Source: Eledone cirrhosa (Eukaryota). From it: a stretch of 64,000 bases of DNA. This document shows positions 48,031-60,419 of this stretch, piece after piece. Below the pieces are notes generated by a model. It saw only the letters and a program-made list of their open reading frames with translations, was not told the DNA's origin and made no database searches. Numbering within the stretch: the stretch's first letter is position 1; the number at the start of each line of letters is the position of its first letter. The translations under genes and the position numbers were made by a program. The stretch is taken from NCBI GenBank assembly GCA_964016885.1, contig OZ024759.1, forward strand, positions 14,260,001 through 14,324,000. Reading direction: 5' to 3'.

Positions 48031-49369
48031 ATTATAATAAACCGAAAATATCCATGTTTCATAATTTGATATTTGATATTTGATAAAGCAGCAGAAGCTT
48101 TTCAGCTGCGGAGGAAGGAAAATATCTGAAATAGTTTAAGTTTTCGGGTGTGACTGGTTATAATCGAAAGAGATTTCAATACCACACCCATTGATTCACT
48201 GTGTTTTTTTTCTATTTTTCTTCTCGTTTGATATTCAATCTAGCTCGTTTCACAAACAAACAAACCCGCTATACACCTGTACTCCCCCACAAACAAACAA
48301 ACCCATCACACCCGCACCCATGCACAAACAAACACACAGAGCTCTCAATCTACAAAAATCTGTATATGTGTGTGTGTATATATAATGTATATATGTAAAT
48401 ACTTATATTAATATATCTATATATGTGTAAATAATACACACACACGCGCCCAATCACACACACATACACACACACACACATATATATATATATAAGATTA
48501 ATCTTAATTTCCAACAGCTGGTAAAAAAAAGTACGTTAAGCCCCTACCACCACTAAATGACTGAAAAGGATACTATACTATACTAGTGTTTGTCCCATAC
48601 CGACATCTAATATTAGTCAAATAGGTATATGCTTAATTTGGGACGTGGTTTACGTTACCTGTGTAATTTTCTTGCATACTGTCCACAACACGATACACTG
48701 TACATAGTGTAAGCTATTGCAGCATACACAACAGAGGATAGAAAGACGGCAGACGACAGAAGCAACCATAGCAGACTTGTTGATATCGTCATCAAAAGCA
48801 GACGACAACCAACGTAAGGCCGCGTGTAACATATTGATTTCTCCTTCTGGTACAAGGCCAGCAAATCTGAGGGATGGGCAAAGTTGATTAAATCAACCCC
48901 AGTACTTGTGAAAGTACGTGATCTAGTGGTAAGGGTGTTTAACTTACAATCATAATGTTGTAGGTTCGATTCCTGGACTGGGTTGTGCGTTGTGTTCTTG
49001 AGCAAAATGCTTCATTTCAGGTTGCTTCAGTATACTCAATTGGAAATGATTACCAGCAATAACTGGGTGGGGTATTAACCTTTCGATGGACTGGCGTCCT
49101 GTCCAAGGGGGAGTCTTGTACTTTCAGTTGCCTCACGCCACGGAAACCAGGATAAACACTGGCCTGATGAGCCCAATGGTTCGAGACAGACTTTAGACAT
49201 TTTAGAGTACTTGACTGGTACTTTACTGTAATATATTATTCATTTTTAATTTAAGCACACGGTCAGAAAATTTAGGGAAATAGCAAAGTTGATTAAATCA
49301 ATCCCGGTACTTGACTGTTAAATAATTTTATCGATCCGATCCCCCCGAAGAAATAATAGCAAATTGACC

Positions 49370-49515
49370 ACGAAAAATATGGACGGAGGTGGTGAGAGCA
49401 GACCTCAGATCGCTGAAGCTCACGGAGGAGATGACGAAGGACCGTGATAAGTGGAGAGATGCTGTGTTGAATAGGACCCGTCCAACCCTTGCAAACAGGG
49501 AAAAGCGGACGTAAA

Positions 49516-49555
<40 letters not shown>

Positions 49556-49556
49556 C
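49370..49556 (+). mobile_element. RTE LINE extreme 3' end with (GAT)n tail
   Basis: RKIWTEVVRADLRSLKLTEEMTKDRDKWRDAVLNRTRPTLANREKRT-stop, then (GAT)n. Confidence 0.8.
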
Positions 49557-49954
49557 TACGCTGGGATTTGAACTCAAAACGTAAAGAGTAGGAAGAAATA
49601 CAGTAAAGTAGTTTTTCCGGGGATTTGCTAATTCTACCAATTCACAAGGCCATTAAATTCGGGAGAAGGGTAAAGTTGATTCAATGAACCCCAGACTTTG
49701 AGTAGTATTTTATTTCATGGACCCCAGAAATTGACCTTGGCGGGATTAGAACTCAGAATGTAAAGAGCCAGAACAAATACCGAAGTGGCATTTATCCGAT
49801 GCTCTACCAATTCTGCCAATCCACCGCCAATAAAATATTGGTTTCTTATATCGACCCCGTAAGGATGAATGGCAAAGTTAACCTCGACGGGATTTGAACT
49901 CAGATCATAAAGGGCCGTAACTCTATGTTGCAAAGCAATAAAATATTGCTAATT

Positions 49955-50004
<50 letters not shown>

Positions 50005-50483
50005 CCTCTCTCTATACGTGTCTTTCCCCCTCTCTCTCTACATGTCTTTTTTCTCCATCTACATTTCTTTCCCCCTCTCTCTCTCTCTCTGCTTCTCTTT
50101 CTTTTTCTCTCCCCCTCTCTCGTTACCTGTATTTCTCCCTTTCTCTCTCTTTCTCCCTCGCATATGTTTCTCTGTATCTGAATTGAACTTGCGACGTTTA
50201 CGATCTTAAGCCGAATACCCTAACCACTTCACAACTGAACGGTTATCAATCTCATACGACCTCTTGACTGTGTAGCTGGTTTCCGGGTTCCTTGTCACCT
50301 GCTGTTTACTGTGTATGTATGTGAGAGAGTATGTATGTGTCTGTATGTGAGAGAGTTTGTGCGTTTTGTGTGAGTGAGTTTGTGTCTATGGGTGTGTTCG
50401 TATGTGTGTGTGCATGTGTATACGTGTGTGCGCATGATTTCTTTTTACACGAAAATAAAAGAACCCAAAGCAAGACTAATCGC

Positions 50484-50538
<55 letters not shown>

Positions 50539-51254
50539 GGAGAGAGAGGGAGAAAAAGATGTTATCTCGTATATATATGACCTGGTGACGTTCCTTCTTA
50601 TGTTACTTGCAATCTGTTGCACAAAAGACCATATAGAAAACACACACACGCACACACACACACACATACACACACACACACACACAAATATATATATATA
50701 TATACATATTGTTATATTTGGGAGTGGAGGCACGTGGCCTAGTGGTAAGGGTGTTGGACTCACGATCATAATGACGTGGATTCGATTCCTGGGTTGTGTG
50801 TTGTGTTCTTGAGCAAAACACTTCATTTCACGTTGCTCCAGTAAACTCAACTGAAAATTACTTGACCCTGAGATGGACTAGCGTCCTGTCCAGGGGGGAG
50901 TCTTGTACTCTCTGTCGCTTCACGTCACGAAACCGGGATAAGCACCGGCCAAATGAGCTTTCTGGCTTAAGACAGACTTTAGACAATATTTGGGGATGGT
51001 CATATTGTTATAATATTGCCAGAAATAATAATAAAACACACTCACTGTTTGGTTTGGATTGGTTTTAGCTTCTGTATCTTTTATATCTCCATAGTTAATT
51101 TACCTGGCAATCAATGTTTATCATTGTTTGACCAACGGTTAAAAATATAGATATAAATATATATATATCAAAGTTCTTTCATCACACACCTGTGACATCA
51201 TCAGTGGTACTATCATGTTTCCTCCCGTTGTATTGTAATGTCTACGCCATCAGA

Positions 51255-51615
51255 AAAACATACCCCTTTAAGAAAACCCACTGTACGAATAAGAAATGTG
51301 TTATATGTAGAATAAATCCACAAATAAATTGTAAAACTAGAAATGTAGTCTATAGCATAAGATGTAGAGAGGGTACTTGCAGAAACAAGGCAACGACATA
51401 CATAGGTGAGGGAATAAACCAACACGGGGTGGGGGCTAAAAGTACAAAAAGATGGTTCGGTACTATATGAACATGCCAGACAAAGACTTGATGGTAATAT
51501 AGACAACATTGAAATTAAAATAATATCTAAACATAGAAATGACTCAACAAGTAGACAAATCAGAGAAGCAACAGAAATAGAACTAAGAAAACCAAAGTTG
51601 AACAGAAAAAAATGA
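51255..51615 (+). mobile_element. Penelope-like element GIY-YIG endonuclease remnant
   Basis: C..KKCVIC, CKTRNVVYSIRC...C....TYIGE, then after a break EHA...RQIREATEIELRKPKLN. Confidence 0.78.
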
Positions 51616-51882
51616 ATGTAACAACAACAACCACCATACACAAACACACAATACTGACCTAAGGTAAATATAAATAAATAAATATACACAGGTGCAATAA
51701 CAACAACCACAAATAAACACACACTAATGAACAAAGGTTGAATATATACACATAAATTCAGAGACGAACACACACTCCAAATATAACAATATTTGTTTCA
51801 ACACACGATTTCATATTAAAAAACTTGCAAAACAAATATATATATATCTATGTATATACTTATTAGAAGAAGGGTATGCGTA

Positions 51883-52491
<609 letters not shown>

Positions 52492-52519
52492 TGTAGATAA
52501 ATATAGGAAAAGAGTCAGG

Positions 52520-52615
52520 ACCCCGACGGCTGAGCTCCGGTCGTTTCGACAGCTAGATCCGAACTAAGCCGCCAGTATAAGAACGGTGGGAATCTAGCTG
52601 AACTTATCAAGGGGT
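52520..52615 (-). ncRNA. Decayed hammerhead motif (family shared with 1-70)
   Basis: ACCCC-TTGATAA-GTTCAGCTAGAT...ATCTAGCTGTC-GAAAC-GACCGGAGCTCAGCC-GTC-GGGGT. Confidence 0.55.
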
Positions 52616-52772
52616 ACAGTTAAGGTCCACAGTTATGGTCCACCTGGTATCTTACCATACCTTCTTTGTATATAAATATATATATATATTTATATTTCGT
52701 AAATAATATATATATATATGTGTGTGAGTATACTCTTTTACTATTTTACCTGTTCTAGCCCTCCGTCTGAGG

Positions 52773-52825
<53 letters not shown>

Positions 52826-53711
52826 CTTATTTCAGAAGAGAAATAGTTCAAAATAATAGGCCATATTAGTCTTCTTAAAAGAAAAAAAAATAAGACAGAA
52901 ATAAAATAAAATTAAATAGCGAAAGTAAGGGAAATGTTGGGGGTAGGGGTAGACTCTGCACCCCTGTTTAGGCGGTAACAGCCAGTGACATCCCCCGTGT
53001 CAGTCACTCCTCCTCACAGCAATTAGGTAATGGAGGGTACCAGGGGTCTCGACGTTCGCTCAAGTCCTGGTATTTGGTTCACGTCCGGGTTATGCTTATT
53101 TAGGGTCATTGTAATCCTAATGTAGCAGAGAATTAGCACCCATTTCAAGATGTTTGAGTTTGTGTCTGTGGTTGTGTGTATATGTGTGTGTGGTTGTATG
53201 TATATGGATGTGCGTTAGTGTGTGTGTATGTGTGTGTGTATGTGTGTATGTATGTGTAATACAAAACGCGATTGTATGTTTATCTATATGTTTGTATATG
53301 TATTTGTATATGTTTGTTTGTATATATATATGTGTGCGTTTTATTGTTTAACTCGTATTTGATGAGCCTAATCTAAGGATATCTGTAATTATATGATGCC
53401 ATATCAATCTATCGATCAGTCAGCTACAGGTGGTTAACTGCTGTTACTTGAACCTGTAATGGAATCACACACAAAGACACATCATCTTGTTATTGATCAC
53501 GTTGTTGTTGTGGTTGTTTAGCCCTAGGTCAGATATGTGGAGCTGACAGATTTATGGCAAAAAAAAGCTCAATTCATGTTAATCACATCGATTTTGTCTA
53601 TCGTCAACATGGCAAAAAGAAATGACTAAATATATATCTATTTATTTACTCGTTATCGTTTATCAGTTATTTATTTCGTCCTCCATTTATCTATCTATCG
53701 TATCTATCTAT

Positions 53712-54683
53712 GGCACCTCGAGTGCCTACAGGCGCTCACATCCCTCTACCAAGCGGAAACAGCAATCAGCGGAGACTCTACTTCGACATTCTATAGGGGA
53801 TTAGTGGAGGATAAGTGCGACGACGTTGTCGGGGAAACTCTAGGAATCGAGGGGGACGAACTGACCAGTCTGTTCGGGAAGACTTTCGGTCCAGGGCCTA
53901 TGGATAACTTCCAGAGGTCTCTGGCCTGGCAGTACTACCAAGGAGCTCTACCAGTTCGAGACAAAATCTACAGGCACGAACGCCCTGGCAGAGATCCTGC
54001 CAAAAGGACCTGTCCAAGATGCGAGCAGGACACCGAAACCGTTCTGCACGCAATTGTTCAGTGCCCAGGGGTGACCGACCTGTGGAATTGTGTCGAGCAG
54101 CTGATGTCACGTGTGTCGAAGAGCTGCTGTCACGTGTCAGCCGAGTCCATCGTGAGGATCACCCCGCCGCCTTCATTTAAGAATGAAGGAGAGGCGGTTT
54201 TCCTCTGTCTGGTGGCTATGGCGAAAGAGGTAATATGGTGGACGAGGTTAAAAGGACTGAGAGCAAACACCTTTCTCTCCGGACAACAACTTATCCCCTT
54301 CTTTAAGTATCTCTTCAGAAGGAAGGTGAGAGTGGAGAGAGAGGTGCTACACCCCAGTAAATTTGCTGAAAGGTGGGTGAATGTGGCGAAAATGGCCCGA
54401 GTGAATGGGCCTTCTCTGTATATAAACCTGTAGGTTGAGGAAGATAAACAGAGGGAAGACAAGAACACCTACAAAACGTGTTCCTTGTGTTGAGGGTTGT
54501 TCTATCCACGGGGTGTAAAACAACCCTGCAGTAACGTTCCCCCTATTGGGGATTTCAATTGTTATTTTATTATATATAGTTTATTGTTATTTATTAATGT
54601 TAAAGTTATTTTTATGTAAAACCCCCGCCGTCACGTCTTGTAATGTCCCATTTTTGTACGCCCCTGTGGCAAATAAAGAAAGA

Positions 54684-54721
<38 letters not shown>

Positions 54722-54803
54722 ACATTTTACACGTTTTTATTGTATGTAATCTTCCCCCTTTGTATTTCTCCCCTTCTTTTGTGCCCCTGTGGCTAATAAA
54801 GAA

Positions 54804-54857
<54 letters not shown>

Positions 54858-55962
54858 ATATCTATCAAAAACGAAGGAGAGGCGGTTTTCCTTTGTGTGA
54901 TAGCTATGGCGAAAGAGGTTGTATGGTGGACAAGGTTGAAAGGGCTGAGGTCAGACACCTTTCTCTCCGGCCAACAACTGATTCTTTTTTTCAAATACCA
55001 CTTTGGAAGAAGAATCCGGATGGAGAGAGAGGTGCTGTACCCCAGCAAGTTTTATGAAAGGTGGGTGAAAGTGGCGAGAATGGCCCGAGTGAATGGGCCT
55101 TCTCTCTATATCAGCCTGTAGGTTGAGGAAAAGGAGGAGGAGAGGAAAGGAGTACAAGCTCTTCGTACTCCTGGAGATGAGGGTTGCACATTTTTTTTCG
55201 GGGGTATGTGTTACCCATATAAACTGTCTCCCTCTATTGGGGAAAATCGACTAACTTTTAAATTCCATCTGTGATAACATTTTACACGTTTTTATTGTAT
55301 GTAAACTTCCCCCTTTGTATTTGTCCCCTTCTTTTGTGCCCCTGTGGCTAATAAAGAAATCTATCTATCTATCTATCTATCTATCTTTACCGACTTGTGG
55401 GGATATGTAGAACGACTATTGTCGCGGGTGGGACCAATCCAGTTGACCACCGAGTCCATTGTCAGGATCAAACCGCCACTCTCCTTCAAAAACGAAGGAG
55501 AGGCGGTTTTCCTTTGTGTGATAGCTATGGCGAAAGAGGTTGTACGGTGGACGAGGTTAAAAGGGCTGAGGTCAGACACCTTTCTCTCCGGCCAACAACT
55601 GATTCTTTTTTTCAAATACCACTTTGGAAGAGAGAGGTGCTGTACCCCAGCAAGTTTTATGAAAGGTGGGTGAAAGTGGCGAGAAAGGCCCGAGTGAATG
55701 GGCCTTCTCTCTATATCAGCCTGTAGGTTGAGGAAAAAGAGGAAGAGAGGAAAGGGGTACACACTCTTCGTACTCCTGGAGATGAGGGTTGCACATTTTT
55801 TTCGGGGGTATGTGCTACCCATATGAACTGTCTCCCCCTATTGGGGAAAATCGATTAACTTTTAATTTACAATTGTGATAACATTTTACACGTTTTTATT
55901 GTATGTAAACTCCCCCCTTTGTAATTTTCCCCTTCTTTTGTGTCCCTGTGGCTAATAAAGAA
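53712..55962 (+). mobile_element. Tandem array of four 5'-truncated Tx1/L1-like LINE copies separated by (TATC)n
   Basis: Copies at 53712-54681, 54721-54804, 54865-55358, 55387-55962. The first has an open frame with a zf-RVT-type CCHC (CPRC...ETVLHAIVQCP) and the AKEVIWWTR...FAERW C-terminus. Confidence 0.85.
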
Positions 55963-56644
55963 ACATATCTATCTATCAATTTATCTGTCTGTCTGCCTGC
56001 CTGTCTGTCTGTCTGTCTGTCTGTCTGCCTGTCTGTCTGTCTGTCTGTCTCTCTGGCCGTCCTTTCGTCCGTCCATCCATTACTCTCTTTGTCTGTGTTT
56101 GTCTGTCTATCTATCTATCCATCTACATCTTCAATTCAGTATTCATTCCAACCCCTACCTATGGTCATATGGTCATGAATCTTGGGTAAAGACCAAAAGA
56201 ATACGATCGCGAAAAAAAAGACACAAAAGGAGATGCTTAATACACACACACACACACACACATACACACACATATGTATATATCATTACATATATCGGAC
56301 GCCATGCTTTACCGCATAGAGTTACGGCCCTTTATGATCTGAGTTCAAATCCCGCCGAGGTTGACTTTGCCTTTCATCCTTACGGGGTCGATAAAATAAA
56401 GTACCAGTAATGCACTGGGTAATTGCTGGCCTTGTGCCTAAAGTAGAAACAATTACATATATCGGACGCCATGCTTTACCGCATAGAGTTACGGCCCTTT
56501 ATGATCTGAGTTCAAATCCTGCCGAGGCTAACTTTGCCTTTCTTCCTTAAGGGGTCGATTAAATAAAGCACCAGTTACGCACTGGGGTCAATTTCATCGA
56601 CCCCCCCCAAAAAAAATTGTTGGCCTTGTGCCTAAATAAGAAAC

Positions 56645-56681
<37 letters not shown>

Positions 56682-57015
56682 GAGGTATAGTAAACAAAAA
56701 TACATTTAAAGGCTAACGCTATTTTAGATACAATATAATTAGTAAGTGCAATTATAATTGCCTTGGCCGTGGTTTCGTACAACAAAGAAAAGATACTAAT
56801 TACCATAATTAAAATAGTTAATTAGTAAATGAAGACAAACCATCCTCATACTTAGAAGGTTCATTGAGCTTTTTATGGTATTTTTGGATAGATATAATTT
56901 ATTCGATCTATATTTTGGGATACCGCCCCCCCCCCCCCCACACACACACACATACTATATATATATATAATTCATAAAATTCTCTATATAGGCTACAGAA
57001 TGGATTTCCAAATAA

Positions 57016-57252
57016 GGGCGCGAAAATTTAATGAAAATTTGTTCACGTGACAGCCATAATTTCATTTATAATCAATCAAATTACGTTTATTTAAAAAAAA
57101 GCCTTCGTGAGCCCCCCTTTTTTTAAGTAAAAAGAAATTCAAACACTCATATATGAAAAAAACAACCCCTGACACCCCCTCCCCTTGTTTGAAGAACTTT
57201 GTAACGCGAACTGGCGCGAAATTTATTATAATTATTGACCAACCAATCAAAT
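57016..57252. promoter_or_regulatory. Candidate promoter: two E2F-like GGCGCGAAA sites, CACGTG E-box, CCAAT box
   Basis: gggcgcgaaa at 57015, cacgtg at 57044, tggcgcgaaa at 57212, aaccaatca at 57241, in non-repetitive DNA. No linked exon identified. Confidence 0.35.
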
Positions 57253-57489
57253 TACCTCTCGAAAAACCTGGCATTTCGAGCCACTTTTTCCATATAAAAC
57301 AAGTAACATTCAGAGACCAACCAGATGTGAGAAAAACCACAGACCCTCCATCTCAACTCTACTTTTGAAAAGCAGAAGAACTGCGAAACCGGTAAAGGAA
57401 CCAAATAAATATATATATTTTTTTAAAAATAAGACTCCAGTTGCATTTTCGATTTCATCTTTTTTTCTATATATATATATATATATACT

Positions 57490-57522
<33 letters not shown>

Positions 57523-58208
57523 ATAGGTGCTTTACCTAGTATGATCCAGGGAAAATGATGGATACTTTTATCTCGTTTGTAGTTCCATTTCCAAACCTTC
57601 TGTGATAGAGAGGTGGTGTCTATTCTAACTCCGAATCTCAAGGAGTATGTATGTTAGTTGAACCTGCTTTTAAATATACCTTCTGATAGTCTAGTATGTT
57701 TTCTCCCGACACTTTCATCGCGTGTTGTCATGGGTCTATACATTACCCACTTTTGAAAATAAGATCTGTGATTGAATGATGGCTGTTGATCTACGGTCTT
57801 AGAGGTTAAGAGCAAGTTAATTTTTACATACATAGCCAAGTTAATTTGTACATTCATACCATATGGCGGATTAAACAACTTTCTAGATTTGTTATTTTAT
57901 TAGTTATACTCTTATAATTAATCTCTTCGTTAAATCATATATTTTGTAGAACAGTGTAATGGAAGAAGTACTATAAATAAATTAATTAATTAACAAACAT
58001 TAAAGAATAAGGAAAGAAAGAGAAAAGTTTTAAAAGTTATAGAGATTAAAGTTGGGTGTTTGAGATGGGGCTGGCTGGAGAGTTGAGGGTGGTGAGAGGA
58101 GGCGGGAGGAGGCAAGTATTGTATCAACAATTAAGTTGAAGTTAGAAAGTGTAAGAAACGACTGATGAACAATAGTGGATTTAAATGGAAATTAATAAAT
58201 ATATCCAC

Positions 58209-58240
<32 letters not shown>

Positions 58241-58574
58241 CATAGCAGGATAGATAGACACACACACCCACGTATATATATATATATATAGAGAGAGAGA
58301 TAGATAGATAGATAGATAGTTTGATAGATATATAGAGCGAAAGATAATCAGACAGACAGATTTATATATATATATATATACAGAGAGAGGCAGCGAGAGA
58401 GAGAAAGAGAGAGAAGAAGGGGGTGGGGGGTGCAGATCAACTCATGATTCTGAAATTTGTGTCATCATAAAAGTCGGCCAAGTCTTTCGACAACAAAACG
58501 AAGATGCCTCGGGTAGAAAAACTAAACTAAAAGATATTAACTTTGATTAGTATTTGCACATACTTTACACATAG

Positions 58575-59128
58575 CTACCACTACACCGCTCCACTACTGC
58601 ACTACTGCGCCATTGCACCACTGTGCCACCACAACATCACTACACTACTACCACTGCCACTACCACCATCAACATCACCAGCACTACCACCACAAACACC
58701 ACCACTACCACCACCACCACCAATATCACCATCATACCATCACTACCACCAACATCACCACCACTACCACGACCTCCACCATCACTACCATCATCACCAA
58801 CATCACTACAACCACCACTACAATTACCACCACCATCACCACCACCACCACCACCACCACCACTACAACTACCATCACCACCACTGCCACCACCACCACT
58901 ACCAACATCACCCCCACGAACATCACCATCAACATCACAATCACTACCACCACCACCACGAACATCACCACGACCACGACCACCACCACTACAACTACTA
59001 CTACCACCGCCACCATCACTACCATCACCAGCAGCAGTACCACCACCACTACAACTACCACCATCACCACCACCACTACCACGACCACCAACAACAATGT
59101 ACCCCACTACCCCCGCCACTACTACTGT
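58575..59128. repeat. ACC/ACT triplet satellite
   Basis: Direct inspection. Confidence 0.95.
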
Positions 59129-59425
59129 TATACCTCGTATGATGGTGATTGTTAATTTTTAGACTGGGGTGGGGGGGGGAGGCTCAAAGCTAATCCTGAC
59201 AATCCAACAGAAATAACTAAATATATACACACACTCACATCATATACATATATATATACACCCATACACACACATATATATATATAATGTATAGATATCT
59301 CTATGTATATGTATGTATGTGTGTATAAGAGGATTTTGTGTTATTGTAATATTTTTCTCAGGGTGGGTATACAATGTCATGTTGTGGTTCAGACACATAT
59401 ATATGTATGTATGTATATATGTATG

Positions 59426-59459
<34 letters not shown>

Positions 59460-59503
59460 TGTATGTATGTATGTATGTATGTATGTATGTATGTATGTAT
59501 GTG

Positions 59504-59537
<34 letters not shown>

Positions 59538-59549
59538 TGTATGTATGTG

Positions 59550-59583
<34 letters not shown>

Positions 59584-59655
59584 TGTATGTATGTATGTGT
59601 ATATATGTATGTATGTATGTATGTATGTGTATATATGTATGTATGTATGTATGCG

Positions 59656-60047
59656 GAAGAACTCATAAGGGAGGAAGAACTCATAAGGGTCAACGGCCAT
59701 CCGAAAGTGTGTAAATATGTATATACACATGTACCGCGTGGTTAAGCCACTGGGAGTGAAGGACCCCTAGCCTTTGTCAGGGCATTCTTTTAGGAGAAGG
59801 CAACTCAGGAGACTGGGATAACTCCGATATAAAACCTGCGGCTCAGTAGTTACTGATGATGTTGATCTTTTCTTCTTTTCGGGTTATAGCTACTGTCGCT
59901 CAGAGAGTGGGATTGGCTTAGTGCACAGTCTTTCCTCACTTTAAAAATATCTTCACGCATAGGCATTGCACGATAGAATTAATTAATAATTATTAATAAT
60001 GGTATATCGTGCAATGGCCATACTCGATAACGAGGGGGCAGCCATCA
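59656..60047 (+). mobile_element. Non-coding element associated with (TATG)n, probably a bipartite RTE-derived non-autonomous element
   Basis: Overlaps 63965-64000 (gaactca...gtcaacggccatcc); 5' parts at 63804-64000 and 45858-45985; RTE-5'UTR-like gggca..taggagaaggcaactc; ends gggggcagccatca-tgtatgt. Confidence 0.5.
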
Positions 60048-60051
60048 TGTA

Positions 60052-60416
60052 TGTTCTGGTTTTATAATTTCATAATTCTTTTGCCAATAGAGAGAGCGAA
60101 TCGGTTTCTAACATAGATTCAAGACTCTCTCATTGGAATTTAAACATCAACTAGGTAGATATGTCTGCATGTCTGCATGCATGCATGCATGTGTGTGCGG
60201 GTATGGGTGTTATTATATGTGTGGATATGTATGTTTTGAGTTATATGTGTGCATGTGCTTATGCTTCTATCTGTACATGTGTACATGCAGTTATTAGATG
60301 CAGAATTTTAGCAATGTTTTACATATTTTTACTCTTCCTTTAATGGATTGTACTTGTAATTTCCTAACTAGTCTTGTTCTTTCTGTTTCTGTGAAGCCCA
60401 GCTTCCCAAGATTTGA
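60052..60416 (-). mobile_element. R4/Dong-like family A 3' end
   Basis: NLGKLGFTETERTRLVRKLQVQSI plus the same 3'UTR as 44900 and 15342. Confidence 0.8.
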
Positions 60417-60419
60417 CCG

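Noticed and set aside
49160-49200. CTGATGA-GCC..GGT-TCGAGAC as a hammerhead (also 3400-3430 and 50945-50985)
   Set aside because: It is the 3' tail of SINE family 2; extra bases precede the GAAA position, GAAA is not conserved across copies and stems I/III do not form.
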